From: Bispira polyomma
Lineage: Eukaryota
Assembly (NCBI GenBank): GCA_965649765.1
Contig: OZ287750.1
Location: forward strand, 80,910,001-80,974,000
Length of the DNA stretch: 64,000 bases
Reading direction: 5' to 3'
Below, piece by piece: positions 13,171-25,612 of this stretch. Position numbers and translations under genes: made by a program. Every line of letters starts with the position of its first letter. Within the stretch, counting starts at the first letter, position 1. The notes beneath the pieces are model-generated. The model made no database searches. It was not told the DNA's origin and saw only the letters and a program-made list of their open reading frames with translations.

Positions 13171-16100
13171 ATGTTACATTGTTTTATTTACAATATTACA
13201 TAACAATATTTACATTTTTACATGCACTAATATAATGTATAATTATTTAGATCTATATCAACATCCCAAAGTAAAAACAAAATGAATATCTAATAAAAAA
13301 GTTTTGTTCATTAGACTTTCACTTAAGACTGGCTAAGTCCCCATCACATAACTGATGATTCAAAATGTCAGGAATTATATGAATTTGTTTGATTCATGAC
13401 AGGTTGCAGTTTGGATTGTTTGATATATGATCATATTATCAAATTTAAATGTTTATAGTTTTTGATACACTGCAAAATACAATGCTTTATTTGTAAAAGT
13501 TAAGTAGAAAAGAGAAAAGACTACGACTTTTTACTGTAAAGTTAAGCCCTGCACCTAGAGATTTATATTACGGTAATACAAAAACATTTAAATAGTTTTT
13601 AGGACCATAATTACATAGATTATTATGCATACAATTTTAATATGTGTGTACACAGAATGTGCAATGTTTTAATGTTCATTTAATACCATAGACGGTAATT
13701 GAGCAATACCTGAACCAACGTGCATGGCATGACACAGTGGACTGAAACACACACAGGTGTTAAGTTCACTTGGTGCAGAATATGTCTATTAATTGCTTAT
13801 GTGATATTGCGCTATGTAGCATGATAAAATTATATTTTTCACATATTTGCATTGTAGCGATACTTATGATACTTCACATTGTAAGAAATAAAATTTGTTC
13901 AAAATGCACAAAATTACGGGGTTTAAAGTGAAAAGTTCAGTGAAAATAGGTCCATTAATTGATTGGGACTTCCACTTTATAAACAAAACAGAGAAACTAT
14001 AGAATCTTCATTTATGTCATTAATATTCCAATCTATGTTGTTTACTACATCAATTATATTCTTATTATTTGATCTACAATTATTTATATACCACTCCCCA
14101 AAAGCTATTAAGAATAGTTATTAATTTTGTTAATTGCAATTGATCTATTAACCTGATAGAAACTAATACCTCAGAAATTGTAAAATCGGGTATGGATTTC
14201 AAGTTAATGGCATGGCTAAATCTGTTTTTTTGTTCCCAAAAATGTGTGTGGACACAGTTTCTCCAGTGGAAGACATCTGCAATTAATATAATAATGCTCA
14301 CTTGAGACTACCATATTATTCAAATTACTATACATTCTAAAAGATCGTCTCTAATTCAAACATATTTTGAAAAGTCTTCTTTCTACTAGGTCTCTTAAGG
14401 GTTTAATAATATAATACCTAGGTTTAATTTACACGGATGTCCATTATCATTAAGTCTTCGTATCGATCAGTGACTGTACTTTTCAACTTTGTTTCAAATT
14501 TGTCTACTTTAGCGAATCAGAACCCTTCATTAACCCTTCCGTGAGCATTAGTCGCAGCATCACAAAAGTTTTAATCTGTTAAAAGCTTTCGGTGATGAAT
14601 GCTCATTCGTGAGGGTTTTTGTGGGGGATGGAGAGTTATACGTTATTCATTTTGGAACGTTTCTTGCCAGTAGTGATAGCTCATTTTGCATTAGTGTCAA
14701 TTAGTGGCAGTTATGGACCTTTCATTGAGATTAATGAGGTATTAATGAGTATTCATCTCTCATTAGTGGATCTTAATGGACGTATGTGTCACTTTTGCAG
14801 CAGGTCCATCACAGTTTTGTTATAGATCGTTGTAAACAAGACTCAACTTTGTGATCTTGGAGGAATTGGGGATGGAAGGGGGGAACTCTATTCGTAGATG
14901 AAAGCCTGTGAACAAGAATTTGCTAGATGCAACGAATATTGAAGAACGTCTGCCTGAATGACAAGCCTTAAGCACAGACACCAATCGCTGATACACCATG
15001 TTTTAGTATGGAAATGTTTATTCTTAAATGGACTAATTTACTTTTGTGTTGATTTATACATATCAATTATCATATTAACAGATATTTTGCAGAAACAGTT
15101 AAAATTTACAAAGTACATGCTTCACTAAAATGTCATAAATCATACCCAAACAAGGAATCAATAAATACTAAGATAGTGTAGATCATCAGGAATACTTATT
15201 CAATTAATATACAGCAACTGTATTAATTTATGAATACCCTTTCATGTAATTCTTTCCAGAAGAAAGCCATTTTGTATTCTCACTTATTATGACACGAGGG
15301 AACATATTAAAAAAAAATAATTGAATGTAATAATATATATAGGCATTTTAAAGTTAGGTAGTTCAATTGCACATTGCATATCAAGATGGTTTGTAATATT
15401 TAAAAGTTCAAGGTGACTGGTCTGAATGGTCTACATGGTCCATGTGTTATGTCATGTGTGATGGGAGTACAAGGTCCCGTGCTTTTAACACAACCGAAGA
15501 CGTCCCTGAGGGGCAGGAAATGGCATGTAACAGTGGGGAGGGTGGGGAATTTGAGGCCTGTCATCCATTTAGCTGTACACCAGGTATATTTGTCTAATAT
15601 GTTTTAAAGTATATATTATCAGAATCAACTAACATATTTGGTATTATAAATATATTGTATTCAATGCCATATAATTTAAAGAATAGAAATCTAAGGATTT
15701 TTAAGCTTGAGTTGATATGGATAAAACCTGTTATTCATTTTAACATCTGCAAGAATACAAATGTTTGACACTGGGACTGCAGGTACACCTTAATTTGATT
15801 TTTATGAAGATCTAGAAAAATATAAAGCTCTATGATTGCATGAATGATTGGTATTTTCTGTCCTTGGTAGGTGTTTATTATATTTATTAATATAATAGAT
15901 ATGTTTGCTTTAACAATCATAAATATATCGTTAGAGATGGGATACAATCAACTGAGCTAAACTACAATATAATTACACTATCTAAACAGTGGCTGGTTCT
16001 GGTGAAAAATGGAAGGAGAAAGAACTTCTAGACAGCACCGCTGCAGAAATTGCCCCTAATTTTGACAAGTTTGGGGCATTTTGTGTGATGGATGGTTATG

Positions 16101-18595
16101 ATGGATATATTGTCACACAAATAAGTATTTATCTACAAGTGACACAACATTTTAAATTACACAGTATTTAAATGATGCTGCATAGCATAGGTACATATTA
16201 TCTTGATGTGTAATTTATATGTAGAATAAAACATTTTAACAAGTATTGCTATATGTTATGACCATATTGATGGCTAATTGAAATATGGTACATAGTGTTT
16301 ATACCAATGACGTCTTAGTAACAATTAAATTTGTATTGTATGTTTTTTTTTAAATGTTTGTTTTAAAATTCCCAGACATTGTACTAAACATTTAATAGAA
16401 GCAACAGCTAATTCTTCAGTGAAGTAAAACGTTTCATTACTCGCTCATGTTAAATTTAAGTGACCTATAATTTATCTTTTAATATACTTTTCCTTTCCAC
16501 TTTCATCAAGCAAACATTTCAACCAGGTCACAATGTGCTCAGTGGCCAAAGTGTCAATGGTTTTGAATCTCAGTGAGGATTCATGTTAAAGCTAGAATAC
16601 AACAGCTCCCTAGCGCATGTCATCTCCTTGGGAGACAAATCCCTGGGATGCTGGCAATTCATAAGTTAGGAGTTTACAGGACATCTATCAAGAACCCTAG
16701 TGCCATTGGGGCCAATACCTATTGGACAGACAGTTTCCATGAACCCAAATATTACTGGGGTGGGGCCTCCTATGAGGGAGAGAACTGTGCCTGTGGGGAT
16801 ACAGGGACATGTTTTAACCCAGAAACCAAGTGTAATTGTGATGCTAATAATGAAGTCCTGAGGAAGGATGAAGGGTATCTGGATTATTTGCTGAATCTGC
16901 CAGTGACACAATTTTTGGCTGGAGGTACAGGTGAGAAGTCAGATTTGTTATTTGTGTCATATGTAAGATATATGATTTATTTTGAGCATTCCACATTTTA
17001 GGATCTGCTGCTTTGCGATCGAAGCTTTACAAAATTTTAACATCCATTGAAAATGATTTTGTCACAGAAAAAGTTTTAATATATAACAAATCACAGTGAC
17101 TGGTGATAATTATTTCAAACGAGTATTTAGATAAGGATATTTATATCAGCCCAAATTCAGGAATATTTATAAACTAAGATGAAAACCCAAGATGTGTATT
17201 GTTAAAATGGCCACTTTATTCAACTGACAAAAATGTATATATTAAACCAAGCATACAAGATCTTTACAATTTGATTACATCACACAAGTGACTTATATAT
17301 ACATTATTTATTTACCTAAATGTGTTGAGGGACACCAACCCAAAATACCGCAGGTATTCCTCACCCCACAACGAAAACTGAAGAAAACAGAAAACACATA
17401 TTGACATTGATATATTCAAATGCTATTTGAATGAAAAACAAATAAATGTAAATAAATTTTACATTCACCTTAAGAGGTATATATATCATACTTTAAACCA
17501 GTGTTAAAAATTACAGGAGATAAGAAGGTCATTCAAAAAATAGAAAACTAGCTCAATAGAGTCCATATATAGTCAATATACAGCCGATTATATCAAATTT
17601 TTTTTTAATATCTTTATAAAATGTTACCTATACCATGCGGTCAATAGTTATTTGATTAAATTATCAGCATACTGTTTATTGTTTGTGTTTAGTATTTGTT
17701 AGGTCTTGTGTGTCACATGCAGTAATGGAAAAATACAAAATTTTTAATGAGGTAGTTGAATATACACAAAGTATTTTGTAGTGTTGTATTGATGTGTTTT
17801 TTGTGTAAAATGTTTTTTCAGTAATATTAACTTATGTTAACATACTGTGTATGAAACATACTGTGGGACACCGATGGGATGTTTCCATTTCAGTAAAATT
17901 AAATCTGTGAAAAAGGGGTGAATAAACTGATTTAACTGAAAACAAAAATAAAAAAAATATTGACATTGATATGGTTCAAATCCTGATGTATTTCTCCAAA
18001 GTCCACTGAGTTTATATCAGAAGCAGAAAGGCCTATTTAAGCCAAATGGGAACAGGCACCAATGCAAAAGAAATGGGTTTTAATGTTTGATGGGCATTGA
18101 ATGTAGATGGACACTCTGGATATTTTTCTTTTAAAATAAAGATCTGCAAAAAGTGAAATATATAAAAATGCAAATAATGGGCCAGGAAAGGCTTGCCTGA
18201 GATATATATATATATATATATAATGTTTCACAGCTGTTTATGGAATGCCATTTGTATACATTCATCAAACAGAAGAACCTGGGAGAAATGAAATAAATCA
18301 GGGACAGTGATAGATGAACCTGAGACACTGAGTGTACACATATTAACCAGTGCATGAGCACATAAGAGAAACATACCCTTCATCAAAAGGTGTATATGCA
18401 GTATTGAAAAAAAACAGTTGGTGGACAAGATTAGTAGGGACAGGAGCTGTAAGTCACTGGATGGGTGTTGCCCTGAAATGCCACACAGTATTTTGGTAAC
18501 CATAAAAAAGTGATATGGGGTCAGTCAGTTTATTTATTGTAAAGATGACATGGCAGATTAATATGCAGAAATAGAGTAGGACAAATTTAGATCAA

Positions 18596-18748
18596 ACAGT
18601 GGCCGAGTGGTTAGCAAGTTTGGCATCTAATCACATGCTCTCACCTCTGCGTGGGTTCGCTTCCCAAAACTGACAATTGCTGCGGACCTGTCCCAATATG
18701 ACCCTGGCTGTTGAATGGGAAGAAAAACCCTAAACTTTGACTTTGTTC
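18596..18748 (+). mobile_element. Short tRNA-derived SINE
   Basis: A box gtggccgagtggtt, B-box-like gggttcg, tail gtcccaatatgaccctggctgttga. 12-bp TSD aatttagatcaa at 18584-18595 and 18749-18760. Confidence 0.8.
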
Positions 18749-19299
18749 AATTTAGATCAATCATACAACCAAAGGAAAATTACTTGAAAAAAATACTGGA
18801 TAGTGGGTGAAATACCCTAAAGGTCCATTCATTTTAACACAAATAAAACAGTGTGAGCATCCACACATTATTTATTTGTTCTGAAACACAAATAAACTTT
18901 AATTAAAACATATCTGACTCAACATCCAATCTCTAATCTGAAAAAGTACCCCACCCTTTCCCCACCTCCACCACCTGGTAAAGTGTAATGTCTCCAAGGA
19001 GTTTATTGGGATAAATATTGTTGTCACATATTTACCCAATGTTACACATATTGTGACCTACAGTATGTTGATATTACATGTTGATATTACATTATTGTAT
19101 AAGCAGAGTAATGTTGCAAGTATATTAATTTGGCCAGATAAATGCTATATTTAAATCATAAAACTGATGGAGCATATATTTCCTAAAGGTGATGTGGTAG
19201 TTTTATATCGTCACTTAACCAAATAAAGAAATAAGATCGTAGTTATTGTTCAATGAATACAAGCTTAATATAACTAAAACTTATGTATTTGTCTATGTT

Positions 19300-19640
19300 G
19301 TCTCTGTGGCTTAGTGGTTAGGGTGTCAGACTTGAGATCTCAGGGATCTTGAGAGCTCAGGTTTAATCATCGCTGCAGGCCTGAAGATTGTACCCTTGGA
19401 CAAGGGGCTTTACACAAAGTTGTCCCTCTCTACCCAGGTGTATAAATGGGACCTGGCCACTAATCGGTGTTAGTCTTTGTTTGCTGTATGTGGAGGCATT
19501 GCTAGTATGCTTCATGAGGGAGCTGAGACTGAATAATGATTGATAAGTTAAAGAACCCAGGCTAGGGGTGTAAACTGTAAAGTCGGCTGAGTCCTCAATA
19601 GAGGTGATATCAGATTATAAACCTACACACATTTACATTT
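19300..19640 (+). mobile_element. tRNA-derived CORE-type SINE with L2-like tail
   Basis: A box gtggcttagtggtta, CORE-like cccttggacaag...cccaggtgtataaatggg and a tgtaaagtcg...tataaa tail. A 5'-truncated second copy was created by the tandem duplication. Confidence 0.75.
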
Positions 19641-20599
19641 GTCGGTTCTGAAAAAATTCAATTTATACCAACAGTACTTTTTAGGACACTGCAATTTAAA
19701 ATTCCAACAACTAACTCCTTAGGGAAAAACATTGTGCATGCATGAAAGACTTAAAATACTTATTAAATATATCTAGGAGAGCACACACAGTACCACAGTA
19801 TAGAACCAATACAGTGCTGGGGTGAAAGCCAACGATATCAATATTTCTATTAGGTTTCTATTAAAAATATTGCAGTTTTATTTCTCATTCTCTTAGCTTG
19901 TGTCTTCTCATTCTCAATATTCTCTCATTGGCATGGATTTTTTTATGAATTTATTCACAATATGTACATATAAATTCACACTATCATCGCTGCAGGCCTG
20001 AAGATTGTACCCTTGGACAAGGGGCTTTACACAAAGTTGTCCCTCTCTACCCAGGTGTATAAATGGGACCTGGCCACTAATCGGTGTTAGTCTTTGTTTG
20101 CTGTATGTGGAGGCATTGCTAGTATGCTTCATGAGGGAGCTGAGACTGAATAATGATTGATAAGTTAAAGAACCCAGGCTAGGGGTGTAAACTGTAAAGT
20201 CGGCTGAGTCCTCAATAGAGGTGATATCAGATTATAAACCTACACACATTTACATTTGTCGGTTCTGAAAAAATTCAATTTATACCAACAGTACTTTTTA
20301 GGACACTGCAATTTAAAATTCCAACAACTAACTCCTTAGGGAAAAACATTGTGCATGCATGAAAGACTTAAAATACTTATTAAATATATCTAGGAGAGCA
20401 CACACAGTACCACAGTATAGAACCAATACAGTGCTGGGGTGAAAGCCAACGATATCAATATTTCTATTAGGTTTCTATTAAAAATATTGCAGTTTTATTT
20501 CTCATTCTCTTAGCTTGTGTCTTCTCATTCTCAATATTCTCTCATTGGCATGGATTTTTTTATGAATTTATTCACAATATGTACATATAAATTCACACT
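19366..20599. repeat. Apparently perfect 617-bp tandem duplication (19366-19982 / 19983-20599)
   Basis: No differences between the two copies seen by eye. Confidence 0.95.
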
Positions 20600-20879
20600 A
20601 CAATAGCAAAATATAAAAAATAAAACAATGTAGTTTGAAAAAATAGAAATGTACAACAGCTATTAAACATACATGACAATTTCAGTCAACTGTCCAGAAA
20701 TACCCCCCCCCTCCCCCCCCCCCCAAAAAAAAAAAAAAAAAAAAAATAATAAGGGTGAAACTTATAGCACAAAATAAAAAGCATAATATAAAACAGAAAA
20801 GTAATTAACAAATTACCTGGCCCAATGCAGGTATACTTTGTAACAGCCAACAAAAAATCACTATTTTCCAGTTTTTAAA

Positions 20880-21870
20880 TAATTTTTTTTCAGCTTTCCT
20901 CTTTTTTTCCTATTTCAGAAATATATGCATGGCTTTTCATCACGCTGTAATTTCTTAACTTTAAAATAATTTTTGACCTTTCATTGTATCTCTCGAAAAG
21001 TTTATTTTATTGGAACTCCGGGATAATTTTTATTTAAACTTCTAAAATTTCACTTTGCAATATTTTGAAAATTTAGCTTCATTAGCCTTGTGTAATGCAA
21101 TTAGATTATATCCTAGCATTTACCTTCAAAACAACCCCAATATCAGGGGAAATATCTTCAAGGGATTTAATTCTCTTTCCCAAAGGTTTTTTAATTCTGA
21201 AACAAAATTTATGTCTTTTCAAACAGAAAGCTGAGTCAAATATTTTTAGCTGAAGTAATATTCATATTTTAACAGAACAAATGGTGATCTGTAAAAGAGG
21301 AAACTATTGGGAGATGTGAAAAACAATTTTCTTTGGGTCATATAACCTGTCAAGCCTACATAACACCTTATTGTGCCCCTGGCATCCTTCCCAAGTGAAT
21401 TGTTTGTATCTTCTATTATTATACCTAAACACATCAACTAAATTAAAATCACACTTTAATCGTTTTAGTTTGCTCCCTTTTTATCAAGGTTTAAGTCCTC
21501 CACAAAGTTGAATCATCTCTTAAAATATTATGTATTTTAGTAACCATAAATTTGGATCAAATTAATACAGAAATCCAGAATTAATATCTTGCCCTTAAAG
21601 TCAAAATCAAGACTTAAAAATGTATAATGCAGATCATAATTTAAAAATATACCCACTGCAGCAGAATGTATTTGCCAAAAAACGCAAATGACTTGCATAG
21701 CCTGTCCCAGAGCTTTTTCTCTTTAATACTAGTACAATGCATTTCTTGCAAGAATAATGTGTCCAAATTTTCAAAATCCTGTAAAAGTGCCAATTTTTTT
21801 CTTTTATCAGAAACCGTTAAACCCCTTATATTTGAAGTACTTTTTTATATTTGTCATTTACATTTAACTT
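20880..21870 (-). mobile_element. Old degenerate L1/Tx1 LINE fragment (APE endonuclease region)
   Basis: Minus-strand broken frames read SNIRG..DKRKK..FLQEMH, AVGIFLN..KGKILILD..IQIYG, CDFNLV and DEKPCIYF. Confidence 0.6.
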
Positions 21871-23709
21871 TTTTATAACTCTCATTAGGATGAAAGTGCA
21901 AAAGTTTCACAATGGTTTTCACTGAATTTACTGACAAGTGTTGATTATCTTGGATAATGTGTGAATCCAGTTAAATTATTGAACAAGGAGCGATTTATAT
22001 ACATAGGACATATAACCAGCTCTAGATTTAGTTTAACAAACATTTCTTTATGGTAAAGTTCACTTTTTAGTTTTAGTGAGATAACCAATGATAACAGTTA
22101 CTGAACCAAAATTTTGAATTTCAGAAGGCCCTTTCAATCTTTAATGTTACTGCTTAAAGCATTATATCTTCTTTACTAGTTTTTATCTCCTTTTACTGGT
22201 AATTCTTGAAGTATCTCTCTTTTCAGCAGGATTATAATTTTCATATAAATATACGTATCGTTGCCAATACAACCTCTGTACTTTTTCTGTACTGAATGTG
22301 TTTTGCCTATTATAAATTTTCCATTACCTTTTATGTGTTTTTACATAATTTAACCTTTTACACAAAGTTTATATTTTGAATAATATTTTGTTTGCACAGT
22401 ACAAATTAATATGTACATAATTGTAATACATTGTTAGTAGATACTTAATTTCTTAATTGTGAACTCACATATTCTACATGTAAACACAGAGATAAAGACT
22501 GGTCTCTATAGTGTATATGTACATGTATAATTATTTTTATGAATACAATTGGGGCCTATGTAAGTACATATTAATTTTTTTCTGCTGCATCATGTGCTCT
22601 TTATAAGTTATGCAGACGCAATCAAATAGGTAACACTTTAGCTAGTACCTGTTAAGCTACTCATCTCTGTTGAAATATTTTATAGAGGCACATACTGTAT
22701 AAGTGGGAATTTTGGCCGCAAAAATGTTCGAATTTACAATTTGAATAGAATTAGTTTATTTTTAATCTATCACTGAGGTTTCATTATTTAACTTTAGGTT
22801 TTTTTATTACAGGAGGAGAAAATGAATATGGGTTTGCCAGAATTGGACCACGAGAATGTTATCGTACATCTGACAGTGGCTCCTATAAAAGCTACCTGTA
22901 TCCACAGAGATAACCTCACAAACATCTATATTTAACTGATACAGACTCTTGAAGTGCGTTGCTGATTTATATAATTGATATAAAAATCTTTTATTTTGTG
23001 ATTATTTTATTTGTATGGCATCATATTATGGATTAGAAATAAAATATAATGAATGCACATGTTTATTCTTCAATGTGCAAACGCTATTACTTATGATGGC
23101 ACGTATTTTACTTGATTTTAATATAATTGTAATGAAGTGAAATTATTATGACTTTCGACCCCAATGGGCAAAATTACTGTTATTTAAACCCTCTTAATTC
23201 ATAAGTTTAATTACTTATTGGTTTCGATTCTGATATACACTTTAAAAATAGTGGAACCAAAATAAAAATAAAAAAACACAATTATCTGCTATGCTCTGTA
23301 TGTTGGTACAGAGAATAGTTCAAAATAGTGTACAAGTACACAAACCAGTTTTAATTGTGTAGAATTGGTGCATTTAAGAGCCTCTAGTGTAAAAAACTAA
23401 AGTTAATATTTCTGATATTAAAATCTAACAAATCTAACAGGTCACACATGGGAAAAAGGGGAAAGACATTGTCAGGTTAAACTTGCTAATGTGGATGCCT
23501 ATGAAAGTATTGATGAAAGAAAAGATTCTGTGGGATGTTACAAAAACTTAACTACCATTACAACTATTTTAGGGAAATTGTTTTACTCATTTGTAATTTC
23601 AATATAACATTGGATGTCATTACCTTACCTATGCTAGATCATGTGATCATGTAAAGTATGATTTTGACGCCTAACCACAGCAAATTGTTTGATGGATGGG
23701 TGAAGGCAA

Positions 23710-23870
23710 ATCCAATCTTGCTCTTGACACTCTTATTAATGTGGTATATGGAACACAGATTTGTGGTATTTTGTGCCACAAACCAGAGGGCCATCTTGCT
23801 TTTGACACCTTTGTTGAAATAGTATATGGGACACAGATTTGTGGTATTTTGTGCAGCAACCCAGAGGCTC
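23710..23870. repeat. Two imperfect 78-bp tandem units
   Basis: cttgct(c/t)ttgacac...gtatatgg(a/g)acacagatttgtggtattttgtgc...ccagagg, repeated twice. Confidence 0.75.
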
Positions 23871-25612
23871 TTCTTGGTGTAGAACCTCTTTTGTCTTGAG
23901 CCTTTTAGTGATGTTACATATACTTTGATTATCTAAAATCTAATAGAGGTAAAAGTTTTTTCTTTTGTGTTACTTTGGGTTATTAAAGGCAAGCAGTGGT
24001 ATTGCTGGTTGATGCTGCTCATTGTTGTTGTTATTACATTTCTTTGTTCACAACATTTGTGTTGACACAGCTCAACTCTTTACAGTATAAAGGAAAATAA
24101 TGTTGGGAAACAATTTAACATTCTTTAGAAAAAGGGCTCAGATTGTGAAAGTTAATATTTGTATTTAGAATTTACATATTCACAGAAATTGGCTTAGCGG
24201 TGATACAAACAATCTTGTAAAACATAGGTATATTGTTATTTTATTGAAAAATAATTGGATGCTTGAAAATAATTTAATAAGAAACAAAAACATTTAACAA
24301 CTATTTGAAGAGTTTTTAGATAAATATACAAAAATAAGATCACATAGAAAAGACCATTTTTAAAACAAAATGGTATTGTGTTTGTGTGCAGAACCAAACA
24401 ATATGTCTTTGTTGATTGGCAAATAGTATTTTGTAACTTTTTAGTTTCACTAACTAATGTTTGTTATTCCTTCTCTTGTAACTTTTTTGCCTTGTCATTA
24501 GTTTAATAGGCTTTTAGCACATACTAATGTATGAGACACCGCTGATATGTAAACTTTCAAATCAAACACTATAATGCATATCTATTTCGGAATCAAATGT
24601 TGAAGGAACAAATAACTTGTGTCATCTTCCAATCATATTTAGTTAATTTATGTAAAAAACTCAAATCGTTATATAAATTTATAAAGCTTTAATCTGACAT
24701 TTGGACTAAAAATATTAATGCATACATTTTGACTATATATTTGCTATTTTAGTTTGATATTAATACAAGTTCAAATTTCTCATTAGTGAAATTAATTACT
24801 GGTGACAATTTTTACTTATACAGTAGATCGATCATGTGAGATGACCATGTAAACTGGCAAATGTTATATATGTGAATTTACTGTCAACTGAATGCAAACA
24901 GGTCAATCTAGAAAAATGTGAGCATTACAGTTCAAATAGACATTAGCATGACAGATTTTTATCCTGGCCAAATATTAGAATAATATCTTCTGGAAATACC
25001 ATGACAAGGTGTGTGTGAGTGTAGCTGCTGCAAATCTACCAAAATATGGATAATGTGATATAAATCAGAGGAAACAAAATGGATACTATGAATATATAAT
25101 ATCTTGTGATTATAATGTTATACTTCATTTTTGTAAAAAAGCTCTATGAATGCTAAATAATGGATACGTTTTATATGCTTTGAATTTTATTCCATGCTTC
25201 ATATTGATTGTCATATGGGTCTGTACACTCCATATATGGACAAGTTTATTTAAAGGCTAGAGTTTTACCAATGTCACTTTGAATAGTGTGTATAAAACTA
25301 GACTTTTGACACCTTTTTATCAGAAATTGGAAGTGCAGAAATATACCTCTCTTGGACTTTTGTACCTGAAATTACATGTCAGTGTTTTTATCACTTGAAT
25401 ATAACAAATAAACTGAATAATAGGATAGTTTGTGTTGAACTGGGCTTTAGACATTTTTTACTAGAAAGTGGGACAAGAGAGAAATAAATCTCCTGGAAAT
25501 TTGTAATAGGAATTACATGTTAATAAAGTATCTGTTTCCATCACTTGAACCTCAGAACACACATATATGGATTAAACCCCTAGACTTGTATATTTTTTAA
25601 AAACATTACTCT

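Larger units (their letters stand above)
11538..22913 (+). pseudogene. Spliced pseudogene: TSP1-TSP1-Caspr/neurexin-IV-type fibrinogen-like domain (exons 11538-11698, 15407-15583, 15990-16124, 16527-16930, 22813-22913)
   Basis: Exon 1 [25 protein letters not shown] (161 bp, 1-bp frameshift). Exon 2 GDWSEWSTWSMC..RSR. Exon 3 FGAFCVMDG..VTQI. Exon 4 YWGGA..CACG..C..CNCDA..DEGYL..LPVTQF..GGTG, with stops and a frameshift near its start. Exon 5 GENEYGFARIGPREC...stop. All introns are phase-1 GT-AG. Confidence 0.8.

Noticed and set aside
20703-20746. Poly-C/poly-A tract (G-quadruplex potential on the minus strand)
   Set aside because: Simple homopolymer runs are common in such genomes and error-prone in assemblies; there is no functional evidence.
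23671-23899. 78-bp repeats as C2H2 zinc-finger or RTE C-terminal coding sequence
   Set aside because: The Cys/His spacing is incomplete in all frames, so no protein call is supportable.
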